A stretch of DNA of 60,023 nucleotides, filler included, from Hausera hauseri (taxonomy: Eukaryota), in assembly GCA_046269625.1 (NCBI GenBank). It is 11 parts of 11 records of this genome, joined end to end, with 100 filler letters (N's around TTAATTAATTAA, not from the genome) between each part and the next. Parts side by side here need not be neighbours in the genome. Positions count along the whole stretch, not along the records: positions 43,428 to 48,899 come from JBJURY010246849.1; positions 49,000 to 53,352 come from JBJURY010621331.1; positions 53,453 to 60,023 come from JBJURY010085769.1; 8 more parts are not named here. One strand, written 5' to 3'. Positions 48,202 to 60,023 of the stretch are shown one piece after another. Numbering within the stretch: position 1 is the stretch's first letter; each line of letters opens with the position of its first letter. Position numbers and translations under genes: made by a program. The notes under the pieces were generated by a model. The model was given only the letters and a program-made list of their open reading frames with translations, made no database searches and was not told the DNA's origin.

Positions 48202-48899
48202 TCAACGACTCCCGGTGCAGCTCTTTTTATTTCTGAAAAGGCGCGTTCCTTCATATGGTTCGTCCTGTGCTGTTTTTGCTGCCACGGCTCCAATACGCTT
48301 CAACACCGAAAATGATAAACGTGCCAATGTGCGCAACCATCCAGAGTCATACTGTTTACCAACGGAATACGGCAGTTTTCCGCTTTGCTGAGGTTTACTG
48401 TAAATGAAAACGATTTCAGAATCAATCGTGTTGCGGATTCGACGGAAATAAAGAGTTAGACTGGTTGTGCCACCGTAGGGAAATTCAATAAAGTAGCCAG
48501 TGTCACATCTGATATTGACTTCAACATTGTTTATAGATGTACGTGCCACAGGTACGTACATTGTATTATCGAGCTTGACAGTGACATTGTCGCCAGCAGT
48601 ATACTTCCTGCTTTCCGGATAAATTGCATAGAGTAGAGGTACACGTACTCTACTCACCAAAATCGGTTCCGTGACGTTCATGCAAATGTACATTTGACTT
48701 AGTCCAGTTTTTAATTTGGGTTTAAGTGTCGCAACATGAGCCTTCTTTGTATTCCATGCCTCAAACCGCTGTTTTTCAAAACCCATTACCATGGCCAAAG
48801 CTTTGCCCAATGAAATGTCGACAATATTCTTAGCCTGTTCAAATTTAATGTACCCATTGGCATCTGACTCGAAAACTTTAAATATCTCCTTATACTTTT
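48202..48899 (-). pseudogene. Polinton minor capsid (penton) C-terminus followed by a small basic/amphipathic virion protein
   Basis: MYICMNVTEPILV...VPLL...YVPV...INNVEVNIRCDTG..IEF.....LTLYFRR, then QQSG.LP...GKQYDSGWLRTLARLSFSVLK. Confidence 0.8.
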
Positions 48900-48999
48900 N
48901 NNNNNNNNNNNNNNNNNNNNNNNNNNNNNNNNNNNNNNNNNNNTTAATTAATTAANNNNNNNNNNNNNNNNNNNNNNNNNNNNNNNNNNNNNNNNNNNN

Positions 49000-51620
49000 T
49001 ATTACCCAAATGACAGAGCAATTTTCGCTGCTTTTTGTGGGGCGGTGGCCTGATTTCAAGGAGGATAGGCAGCTGCTGATGCCTTGTGTGGATGGAAGTC
49101 GGATATTCCATATCCACCTCCAGTATGTAGCCCCTATCTCCAGTGGGATCCAGGTCCATGATAGGGATGTCTTCAAGATGCTCAACCCACTTAAAATTAT
49201 CATATGGCAATGGGGCGCTCATTGCCCATCCACACAAGTTGTTGGCATCCAGGTAGGATATATATGATGACTCCTTTTTTGAGTCGTATTCAGCCATATA
49301 CTTGTTGTTGGCCTCACTATACCCATGAATGGCTTGGCATATTCCCCTCTAATGCTTCTTTCGATCATAAGAATCATGGAGTTGTCCTTAATGATTTGCA
49401 GACTAATACCGGTATAGCGCAGCATTGATGCCCAGCTTATTCATGGAGCCATGAAGAAATGAGCCGCATCCAAAGTATGGCTCTTCATTGTTACATCCTT
49501 GAAACTTTCAAAGACATCTGCCAGCAGCAGCACATCGGTTTGGAGATATATAACACTATATTCCCCTAATGTTCTGCATTGGAATGCCTGCCAAACGTTT
49601 TCAGCATGCTGGTAGTCCTTATCATTGATATTGCAGTCCGACAACTGGCTGAAAAACCATCCTTGGGCGGTAATGAGGACTCATCCATTGTTTCCCATAA
49701 TGTTATGTAGTCATAGGGAAACACTCTTTTCCTTTTAACCAGGTCAAAGGTATCTGGGAAGAATCGCTTCGTTTCATTGAGTTCTTCGGCAGGCAGGTTC
49801 TTCACTAAACTGTCCAGTGAAGATTACATGAATCGGAAACTATCGATGAAGTAAAGTCGAATTTTACCGACATGCTTGGTGAGAGTGATATATTTTTCCT
49901 CACTGTTGTGGATCATTTCAATGTTTCCTTTAATGATGCCTAATTCTCCGACTATGAAGTGTCTGCCATAGTCGCTGAGATTATGGAATACTACTGGCAC
50001 ATATTTGCATGTTTTGCAGAGAAGATTGCAGTTGTTACATGCTTCTGGCAGTGATCTTTAACTTTCCAATTTTCTTTGGTGAAGAACGTGTCGCAAAAGT
50101 AGCATGATATTGCCTTGCGCCATTCTTCTTCTTGCATCCAGGACATGCTCATGTCGTCGTCCTTATGTTATTGCAGCATGTTTTCAAGCTTATGATCCAC
50201 GTCTTCAAGTCTCTTCATGAAATGTGCTGCTGCACCTAGACCTCTGAATAGATATGGTTCATTGTCCAATCCTTTGGTATACATACAATACGATGATAAT
50301 TTATAATAATGGTATGCCGTTGTACTGCTATGTTTAGGACTGGGATGAATGTATGAACTGGCCTGAGAGTGGTCTCAAAGTCGCAAAAGATGACAATTGG
50401 GACCTTGATCTTCTTCTCGAATTCTTTAAATTCGATATAGCCCTCTTCGGGAATTTCTGACCTTACAAAATAATTATTCTTGCAATACATCTTGTGCTCC
50501 GTCAGCTTCTCTACAGCTAACTTACCGCTCTAATGGGATAAGCATCTTTTAAATATTTCGATTCCGTGTTCATGATTTGTTATTTGCGATCTGACTAGAC
50601 GCGCACAATTCTGTATCCAAACATAATGTTTCTTATCGCCATCGTTTAGTAGGAGCAGATCTCTATAATCTTCCAATTCAGCATCAAATATTTGCAAAGG
50701 GTAGAATTTGTCCGCCTCATCCAATCCAAAGATATTGATGGACATGCTGTTGATGCAGCTGAACTTCTTGATTTCATCTATGGATGGAGGGAATGTGAAA
50801 CACTGAAAGTCATAGTTGTGCTGCACATCTTTTTGTAGTGAAACACGGTAAGCATGGTTTAGATCCGTTACGAGTTTTGATAAAATGGCATACATGAAGC
50901 ACATGTTGTAATTATTAAGGACATTGACACATGCCTTTTTATTAGCGATCCATTCCGGAAGCTGTAAATATGAACTGCCTCGCATGGGGGAGTATCTGTG
51001 TACATATATAAGCAGTCTCTTGATGGTTGCTAGAGCCCATCCACTCTTCTTATCCTGGCTCTCATCGGCTTCGCGGATGAGCTTCGTATGTTCTTCATGC
51101 AGCCAATCAGCTATATTTATATTTTCCAATATTGGTTTATTTTTGGTCTTGAAGACCCTATTTGATTCTTCAGCATCGACATTTACGTATGTGGCCTCAA
51201 GTTTCATATTAACCTTAAGGGCCTTGAGATCAGTCATATTGTCCTGGAGGATCCCCTTTGTTTCTTCTTTGCATATTCCAGGAACTCCTTGATGTCTGTT
51301 TGCCCAGCTGCATCAAAGACATATTTGCAAAATTTTTTCTTTAATGCAGCAGCATCAACTGGCCGCTGTCTTTGTTTTTTTGTCGGAGCCGCTACGTCTG
51401 TTGAGCCTGAGGCATCTGATGGGCCTGATGGGCGTTTTAATCCTGATTCTCGATGTACTGCTGCAGGCTGTGCTGCTACAGGCTGTACTGCTGCAGGCTG
51501 TACTGCTGCATCTGGCTGTACTGCGTACTGTGCAACTGGTTTATGATCATTAAATATAATCTTCTTAAACTTTGATGCGAAGTCAGTCAAATGATGCTTG
51601 TGATCTTCATAGAACATTAT
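49000..51620 (-). pseudogene. Polinton protein-primed family B DNA polymerase with N-terminal region
   Basis: PMRGSSYLQLPEWIANKKACVNV.N....CF.YAILS; IFCDFET; VVFHNLSDY; KRVFPYDY; YLQTDVLLLADVFE.F; YLDANNL.GWAMS.PLP; GYILEVDMEYP. Confidence 0.93.
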
Positions 51621-51639
51621 GTATTCTTCATCACATAGA

Positions 51640-53352
51640 AGTAGTGTAAAAATGCCGGTTTTGGAACACCCCCACCCTTACCCCAGCAAATTGCGCAACT
51701 TCCGGTGTGAAATTGCACAACTTCCGGTGTAAATTGCGTCACTTCTGGTGAAAATTATGCAATTTTGACCGGAAGTCGTGCAATTTCAGGGCAGGAAATG
51801 ACGCAAAAATGTGCAGCAGCGGTGTCCTCATGTGTTCTGAATTGAAAACTGCGAAAATGCAGTAAGGACACCGACAAATTGACCTGAAAGAAAAAGTGGT
51901 TTTGGGGGATTGCGTGGGATTGAAGAAAAATATTGCAATTTTCTCTCCACGGCTGACATAGGCACATTACGGCGATTCGAATTGTATAATGATTGTAGGG
52001 ATAACTCTTCTGGATGGTCCGTAAAAGGGTACGCCAATTCTGGAACAGTTCCGGTTTTTCCGTGAAAATGACCGGAAAGTCAATAGCTCAGCCCGTAGGA
52101 GTCGTACGGAGTTCGTTTTGGTGTCATTCGATTCATTTCAATGAGCGGAGGCGGAGGAAGTACAAAGGGACGTAATGGGTTTGTACGGGCCGGAGTTATG
52201 AGCAGAAAACTGAGCAAAAAAATAAGTTTGAAATGAGCACTGCTCAAAATCCTCACATTACACAGGATTTTCATTGATTCCATCGTGTAGTATTCGGTTA
52301 CATCTATTGACTGGTATGCAAATGGATTTAGTCCAATGAGTAGTTTGAGCACAAATCAATTGTGCGCTAGAGCAATTTAAAGGGGGAAAAAACTGGAAAA
52401 ATGACCATAACTCCGGAACGGTAATGGACAGAGAAATGACCTATATATCGCTGGAACGACGATTGGGACATAAATCGAACGGTGCAGTGATCTCGGTCGT
52501 CCGACGCATTTCGAATGAGCAGTGAGCACTTGAGCATTTTTGAACTTTTCGGCGAATAGAGTCTGAACGAGAACCCATATTGTCGGCTTCTCTACACAAT
52601 TGGTCTTGATATGGCAGCGCGATTTGAATGATATATAAAATGTTCAGACAGCTCTTCTGGCTGCCCGACAAAGGGTATGCCGGTTTTGGAACAGTTGAGA
52701 TTTTTCCGGCAAATTTCCAACAAAGTACTGTAGCTCAGCCGACAACAGACCGATTGAGTCCATTCGGGTATTGTTTGACACGTCACATTGTGCGGCGTCG
52801 AATGTGATGCTGGTGGACTGTATCGGGTCGGGTCGGAGTTATGAGCGGAAAACAAAGCAACAACAACGGTTTTAGGGGGTCGGGAAATGACCTATAGCTC
52901 AGTAACTGTAGTCGATATGAATATCGTTCGATTCGTCTCACTGAAACGAATCGAACAACATCAATATTAGCGTGATTGGACAGTAACGGACAGAGATATA
53001 AGCGGAGAACCACATATGCAAGAATGTTGAAATGCTAAGCCTGGCACATGATGTGTCGTGCTCAGCATGTGTGTATGTATATAAAGAAATTCATCATATG
53101 AATGTAGCATAATTTACATAGGGAAAATCAATTAAATAGTATCACACACACACATGTAAACTACTGGTTATAACTATGCAGAAGTTAAGTCCAACAGAAT
53201 CCCAGACTACAATAGCTCGATTGATTCGGTTGATATAACTTTCGATTTGACTCAATGCAATGCGTTGAATACGTCCAACAACAACAACACCAACAACGGG
53301 AGTTATGAGTAGAACAGTGAGCAAAAAATTTGAGAACCCCGCTAAAATCAAA
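51640..53352 (+). repeat. Non-coding repeat starting AGTAGTGTAAAAATGCC with recurrent internal motifs
   Basis: ACTTCCGGTG-like triplet at 51698-51750; GGAGTTATGAG at about 52192, 52835 and 53299; inverted CATAACTCCG at 52406; TAGCTCAG recurs. Confidence 0.5.
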
Positions 53353-54559
53353 NNNNNNNNNNNNNNNNNNNNNNNNNNNNNNNNNNNNNNNNNNNNTTAA
53401 TTAATTAANNNNNNNNNNNNNNNNNNNNNNNNNNNNNNNNNNNNNNNNNNNNAAGTGTTCGCTTACGGCATGAGCGTTGACGATGTCTCTCCTAATTTTG
53501 GCCTCATGGACTTGAGCAACCTGACCCTTGTTTTCCTAAAATGCAAAATAAGATGTCCAATAAAATGTCAGGAAGACAAACTTTTGAGAACGAAAAATGT
53601 TATCGTCCAATTTTCATCATTGTGACCTCCATAAATGAGCTCCAAGAAGAACTCCTGTATGTTTTGTTTTTCCAAATCCTGAATACTTTTTTCATCCTCG
53701 CAGGTATTGTACACCTCGTTATCTGAATTATGAGGATCTGGAGAGGAAATACTGGAAGAATCTGACTTTTGTCTCACCCATTTACGGTGCAGATGTCAGT
53801 GGCAGCCTGTATGATGAGGTAAATTTTTGTTGTTATAATGTTTTGAGTAGTTGTAAAGAGAAAAAAAATGTCTGAGGGTTGAAAGATTCTGTTCCCCTTT
53901 GCTGCGCTCAAAAGACCCAATTCTCACAAACTTTCTGAAAGACTCAATTCTCAGGAGACCCCTCAAAGAAAGACACTGTTTCTTGACAGAATGTGGCAAT
54001 TAAGATTCAATTTCAACAAAACCCAGAAAAGACAGATTTCAATCAAAGCAAGATAATGGACACTAATATCAGTCTTTCAACCCCGTCATTATCTACTTTA
54101 AGTCAGTCAGTCAGTGGTGCTAAAATGTGAGAGAAAGTTATGTTTTTCTTGTGGGAGTTTGTTATGTAAGCTTGAATATGCATAGTTTTTTTTTAAAGGT
54201 GGTGTTGGGATGGCAGGATAATTTACATGAGTGTTTGCTTTGCCAACAGTGGCATACAGGAGGCTCTCAATGTCATAACCATGGCTTTATAACCCTTTAG
54301 AGAGCAGCGTCTAACAAACTTAAAACAAGCAAGAGGCACAAATACTGAGTTGAAACATGGTGCAAATATGGCTGAGATAAAGATACGCTAGTCTATTTCA
54401 TTGTGGACATACAGATCGCTGTGTAAAGAGCTCAGGTCAGTCTGCAGCAGTGGTTTAAAGCCACTGAGGGTCAGTCTTTAAAAACAACCACGAGTATGAA
54501 GGAGGAAGCAGCCAGGCGGTCTCTGAGGCACAATACGAGCCATACATTCATCCACCCAC

Positions 54560-54715
54560 ACACACTGGTGTCCCCAGCTCTCTTATACACCTCCTTCTAG
54601 GGAACTCTATTGTATGTCTTCTTGAGGTCAATGAAGGCCATGTGTATTTTGACCTGCATCTCTCCATCAGCTGCCTCAGTGTAAATATTGCATCCATTGT
54701 TCCTCTACCTTGTAT
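54560..54715 (-). pseudogene. RTE LINE RT fragment
   Basis: GRGTMDAIFTLRQLMER, then after a frameshift MAFIDLKKTYNRVP.EEV. Confidence 0.8.
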
Positions 54716-55473
54716 TAGGGGAGAGGAAGGGGCATTTGATTCTTTTATTAAACCAACTTGATCAAATGCTTTTTTTTTCTTGTTAAACCCTGGCGACTCA
54801 CATGGAGTATGGGGCGTGTCAAAGGACCATGTCCTTGAAAACATCACAAACATGAATACAACTACTGTGCCTCATGAATACAATGATGCCAAGTAAACAA
54901 TTTGTCTACTCACAGTCAAACTAGAATGTGAAACAATGAAATTCAATTCATTGCTATATACCCAATGCAGGGCGAACTGCCCACTGTAATACATACTTAC
55001 TTAAATACTTTTCTTAATTTTATGACAGCATGCAATTTGTCCATATTATTACTCAAATACTAATTTAAATAATATATAGTAAAAAATTATGCAAGGCGAA
55101 CTTGTAATGTATCATGTTAATGTACACACACCAGTTTATATAATAAAGAAAATTCATGCTGTCTACATATATTATTACAGGTATGCAGAGTTATTGGAGA
55201 ACTCAGCACTACTATAAAAAGCATTGTCAATCGGATATCTCTTTAGTGTGCGTTTAAAGTTTTTCTCAACAATCATGGGTTTTTATATTTGAGGGCAATT
55301 TTTCGATAAATTTCCATCCCATTTATGTGGGTTTCTTTTCAAAAAGTTTAGTACTGTGATCACTTATGTGGGAACCTAGATGATTTCTTGTGTTATAAGA
55401 ATAAAACTCTGCATTTGTTTTTTGATTATTTGCTCTGGCATACGAGCAATTATGCTCTCATATATTATGCATT

Positions 55474-56030
55474 ACGTGGAATTGCTATCCTCATACTTAA
55501 CAAATAGAATGTTCAGAGTTAAACATGAAGATGCATACACACAGCTGAAAGAAATCAGAGCAGGCGTGCCTCAAGGTAGTGTCCTGGGTCCCATCTTATA
55601 TCTGCTGTACACACGTGACCTCCCTCAAGTAGACGGGGTTACAGTTGCTACATTCGCAGATGATACAGCCCTTTTGGCAGTGGGTGCAAACATCGTTGAT
55701 TCGACCTGTAGACTGCAGCGAGCATGCGATGAAATATCTCACTGGACTAAAAAATGGAGGATGAAACTGAATGAGCTAAAATCTGTTCACATTAACTTCA
55801 CATACAGGAGGATTGTAGATTATACGCCAATCGCCATAAATGGAAACTCCGTACCTTATGCAAACACAGCCAAATACCTAGGGATGACACTGGATGCAAA
55901 ATTGAAGTGGAAGGAACATATAAAGGTTAAAAGAACTGAGCTGAACCTTAAATTTAAAAAAATGTATTGGTTGTTGGGACGTCAGTCTAGGCTACCTCTT
56001 CACTACAAAGTGGTGATTTATAATATAATA
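55474..56030 (+). pseudogene. Jockey-clade LINE RT fragment
   Basis: AGVPQGSVLGPILYLLYT.DLP...ATFADDTA...KSVHINFT...TAKYLGMTLDAKLKWKEHI...KMYWLLGR.S.L. It ends where the CR1-like tail begins. Confidence 0.9.
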
Positions 56031-56453
56031 AAATAAAAAAATAATTTATTTGACTATAAAAATAAAATACATTATGTTAGTCACGTCAAAGACTCTACCA
56101 CTGGGAAAACAAAAATAAATATGGCTGTTTCGGCATTTGCCCGAGAGACAGAGGGAAACCCAGCAAAAACCCCTGCTGAAACAGCCTACAAATTACAAAG
56201 TTATAACATTATTATAATTCAACAAAGACATACAATTTTTAAAACAGAATAATATGTATTGTGCACAATGTTTATAAGCTTTATAAAAATAAATTATCAC
56301 TAAATCAAAATAACATTTTATTCAATATGTATAGTTCACATAGTGCATCATAATCACAAAAATTATAATTAATAAATAATGTATATAAGAATATATATAT
56401 AAATAATGGAAAGTCGCTGGGTTGGGAGTTACACAAGGCACCAGAGCTCCATA

Positions 56454-59400
56454 TTAACACCAATTGCAATTATAAAATTCGTTTATAGAATAGAATTGTT
56501 TTTCTAGAAAAAATAATTTTAGATTACGTTTAAAAGAATTTATTTCTAGGTTTTTTATTCTAACTGGTAGCTTATTAAAGACTTGAACAGAGGCATGGTA
56601 AGGACTTTTCTCGTATTTTGTGGTAATGTGCTGTTCAATACGAAGTAAGTTGTTATGCCTTGTGGGATAAGAATGATAGTCACTGCTTTTTTTGAACAAT
56701 TTTGAATTTTTTTTGACAAATAATGCACTTTCATATAAGTAAATACAAGGAAATGTTAGTATGTTAAATTCTTGAAAAATAGGTTTACAACTATCACGCT
56801 TTCTAGCTCCAACTATAGATCGTACTGCCCATTTTTGCATTCGGAATATCCTCTCTGCCTTTTTTTGTGATCCCCATGATATAACATTGTATTTTAATCT
56901 TGAATTTACATACGCGTAGTAAATAGTTAATAAAACATGTGTACTTAATGATTTGTTCAATCTCTTAAGGGCGAAACAGTACGGCTTTATCTTTTGGGCC
57001 ACAAATTCAATTTGTTCATCCCATGAAAATCTGTCATCTAAGTATATACCTAGGAATTTGACATTTTTTACTATTTCAATAGAGTTAATTTCATTCAGGG
57101 GTATGTAATCAGCACGGTTATTTATGTTCTGTCGATTCGAAAAGCAGACAGCTTTTGTCTTTTCATTGTTTAATATTAGATAGTTATTTTCCATCCATCT
57201 AGATAATTTTCCTAACGCTAAGGATGAATTGTTAATTGCAGTGTTGTAATTATCTTCAGCTATAGTAATAGTTGTATCATCTGCGAATAGTGTCACATTA
57301 TAAGGGTTCAGATTCTCCGGTAGATCATTTATAAATAGCAAGAAAAGAAGGGGGCCTAGAACACTTCCTTGGGGAACTCCTCTGTCTACTTCTGAAAATT
57401 CAGATCTACATGATGTTAAAATATTATTGTTAATATAAGAGATTTCAACAGCTTGTTTTCTGTTTGATAGAAATGATTTTAACCATTCGTTTGCGGGTCC
57501 TCTTATACCGCAATAGTTTAGTTTTTGTATTAATAATGAGTGCGGCACTAAATCAAAAGCCTTAGACAGATCGCAGAATATTGAAAACGGTACTTTTTTA
57601 CTGTCAAGATTTTTAAGTAAATTTTCTAGATATTGGGAAATGGCTGTTTCGGTTGACATACTTTTTCGAAAACCATGTTGAAATTCTGTGAGTATCTTGA
57701 ACTTATCCAGAAAGCTTATTAATTTCTTTTGCATTATTTTTTCAAATATTTTTGAAAATACGGACAAAAGAGATATAGGCCTGTAATTATTTAAGTCACT
57801 AACGGAATTTTTCTTGTGAATAGGAGTAACAATAGATGATTTTAGGCAGTTGGGGAAGATACCTGATTGAAAAGATTCATTAATTAAAGATGTTAAAGGC
57901 AGAGAAATAATGTCCATTGTTTCTTTTAGAATGTTTGCCGGTATTTCATCGTAACCTACTGAATATTGACTTTTTATATTGAGTATAGCACTTTTTACAT
58001 CTTTTATTGTAACTGGATCTAAGTAAATAGTTTGGGAAATATATTTGCTAACAGTATTCACCCTTTGAATGTGACCTTGGGAGGAAGAGTCTTTTTGACA
58101 GATACCTGCAAAGTATTTGTTAAATTCAGTGACTACCTGTCGGGGCGAGGTCAAAACTTGTCCTGAGTCTAGCTTTAAAGAATAGGGTTGATGACCTGTA
58201 TTTTTGGATTTTCCCATTTCTTGATTTATGAGTTGCCAAACGACCCTACCCTTATTGTTTGATTTTTGTACTAAGTTATCATTGTACATTCTTTTAGCCT
58301 CTCTGACAACCTTGGAATAAATTCTTTTATAGTTTTTGAAGTGTAGATTTAACTGTACGGAATTGCTATATTTGGATAAATTATACAGATCTCGTAATGT
58401 CATACTAGATTTTATTATCCCCTTAGTTATCCAGGCAGATTTTGCCTTGTATTTAAATTGTTTCTTTTTAATTAGTGGGCAAGCTGAAAAATAATAGAAT
58501 TGAAATAAATTTAGAAATTTTGAGAATTTTTCATTTATATTGTTTACTTCTATTAGAGAATCCCATGTTTCATTGATTAGAGTTTCCTTTAATCTTTTTA
58601 TGGTGTCCTTATTAATCAGTCTTCTGTACTTATAAAAATAATCATTTTGCTCACACTTTACTTCGAGAAAATTAACATTTATAACTTGGGCATTGTGATC
58701 TGAGAGCCCATTTTCCGAACAGGCGGTTTTATAATTTTGACTGTGTATATTGGTACAGATATTGTCTAGGCATGTACTAGATGTGTGTGTTATCCTAGTG
58801 GGTTCATTAATTGTAATGTTTAATCCTGCTATTTCAAATTGTGTTAGTATCTCAGCTGTCATAGGATGAGATCTGTCTAGAAAGTTTACATTAAAATCAC
58901 CGGTTACAATTATGTTGAATTTAGATGGAATTTTTATTAGGACATTTGATAAATTGTCTATGAACGTTTGAAAGCAACCTGAAGGAGACCTATAAACCGT
59001 TAATAGAATTAGATTTAATTTACTATATTTAATCCCACAGCATTCAAAGTTTAATTCATCACTGTATACAGTGTAATTGCATATGTCATTACTGAGGATT
59101 CTTTTTACATAAATTTTACATAAAAACGCCACCGTTTTTTAAAATAGAACGATTGTAAATTGCAGCAAGTTTATAATTACCTATTTCATTACAATTTTCC
59201 TCTGACGTTAGCCAGTGTTCAGTTAGGCACAAAAAGTCTGGTTTTTCAGAGTTCAGATATACTTCCATTTCTTCAATTTTATTTCTAACGCATTGTATAT
59301 TTTGGTGAATAATTTTAATGCCTTTCTTACTATCTACCCGATGCCTCTCTGTTGCTTTATTTGCAGGTAGGCCTACAGTATTTTTGTTAATGGGACTGGC

Positions 59401-59481
59401 TTTAACTACTTTCTGATTTTTTATCCCTCTACAATCTTTTTCCCCTGCAATAAGTTTAGTAAAAAAGGTGCCTCGTTTCAC
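56454..59481 (-). CDS. LINE ORF2 (AP endonuclease plus RT), one frameshift near 59120
   Basis: HQNIQC, LTEHWL, VYRSP, GDFN, CLDNI and SDH (APE); NYRPISLL, QHGFR, DLSKAFD, GVPQGSVLGP, FADD and FLG (RT). Confidence 0.95.
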
Positions 59482-59489
59482 TCCACGAC

Positions 59490-60017
59490 TTACAAAAAAT
59501 CCTTTCTTAGGATTTCCAGCGACAGAGCTTCACTCAGCACTTCTTTACCTAGTGAATTTAGATGGAGCCCGTGTCTAGTGTAACTATTGCGCGTCAGAGC
59601 CACATTTGGGTCAATGATCGAACAATTTGGAATTGATCTCACACCGGCCTTCATGCGGCGACTGAGATCCTTCCGCATTCCCTCGTAGGCCAAGGTGTCG
59701 TGCCGAGCCAGGAAATTGGTAAACAACAACCTGGTGTGACCTAACCCCTTTAGCCCGGAGACAACGCTTGGGAGTTGCGCCCGCAGCTTCTCCATCGCGT
59801 TCGTTCCACCTAAGATGACCACATGGTCAGACGTTGTGTAGTCCTTCGAGAGTTCCTTCGCCCCTTGTAGAACAAAGGGCAGAGGACCTCCCGGCTTAAC
59901 CATTGCGGTCACCCGGTAGCCCGGACCCAACCGAGCCTGCATGCGTTCTCCCAGGCCCCTCGCATGACTGTCACCAAGCAACAGAACATTGCAAGTCCTT
60001 GGAGCCCTACACTTCAC
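59490..60017 (-). CDS. LINE ORF1 SGNH/GDSL esterase domain (5' part outside the window)
   Basis: LLLGDSH (block I), KPGG (II), ILGGTN (III), RHGLHLN..GK (V). Confidence 0.9.
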   Translation of the reverse strand: MKCRAPRTCNVLLLGDSHARGLGERMQARLGPGYRVTAMVKPGGPLPFVLQGAKELSKDYTTSDHVVILGGTNAMEKLRAQLPSVVSGLKGLGHTRLLFTNFLARHDTLAYEGMRKDLSRRMKAGVRSIPNCSIIDPNVALTRNSYTRHGLHLNSLGKEVLSEALSLEILRKDFL

Positions 60018-60023
60018 CTTCTG

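Larger units (their letters stand above)
56020..60023 (-). mobile_element. Nearly intact CR1-like LINE with SGNH-esterase ORF1
   Basis: ORF1 esterase, ORF2 APE plus RT, a ~420-nt 3' UTR and a (TTATT)-like tail. Confidence 0.92.

Noticed and set aside
51455-51535. 15-nt tandem repeat (QPAAV)n
   Set aside because: Ordinary coding minisatellite in the Polinton N-terminal region.
48202-51620. One contiguous Polinton with capsid genes next to polB
   Set aside because: A spacer at 48900-48999 separates them, so linkage is not shown.

Overview
The window is not one locus. It is 11 contigs joined by 100-nt artificial spacers (44 N + TTAATTAATTAA + 44 N): 1-3958, 4059-8007, 8108-12828, 12929-18296, 18397-24209, 24310-34154, 34255-38625, 38726-43327, 43428-48899, 49000-53352 and 53453-60023. 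The DNA is eukaryotic (animal, mostly invertebrate-like) and dominated by decayed transposable elements: Ty3/Gypsy families, Polinton/Maverick genes (pPolB, capsids, protease), Tigger/pogo, hAT, Tc1/mariner, RTE, Jockey, a nearly intact CR1-like LINE and a tRNA-derived SINE. A few host exons are present (SLC13 transporter, C1q domain, tolloid-like CUB-EGF). I saw no rRNA, CRISPR array or prokaryotic operon. The best candidate for a new system is two highly divergent Gypsy elements (12929-18296 minus, 18397-24209 plus) that share the same cargo after integrase. The first cargo ORF is in frame with the integrase C-terminus and has an internal signal peptide, three Cys-containing FN3-like modules, Thr-rich stalks and a transmembrane helix. 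The second has an unknown N-terminal domain fused to a REX4/ISG20-like DEDDh exonuclease fold that lacks most catalytic residues. The plus-strand copy also shows dense A-to-G hypermutation consistent with ADAR editing fixed by reverse transcription. All family assignments come from motif recognition by eye; no database search was run.
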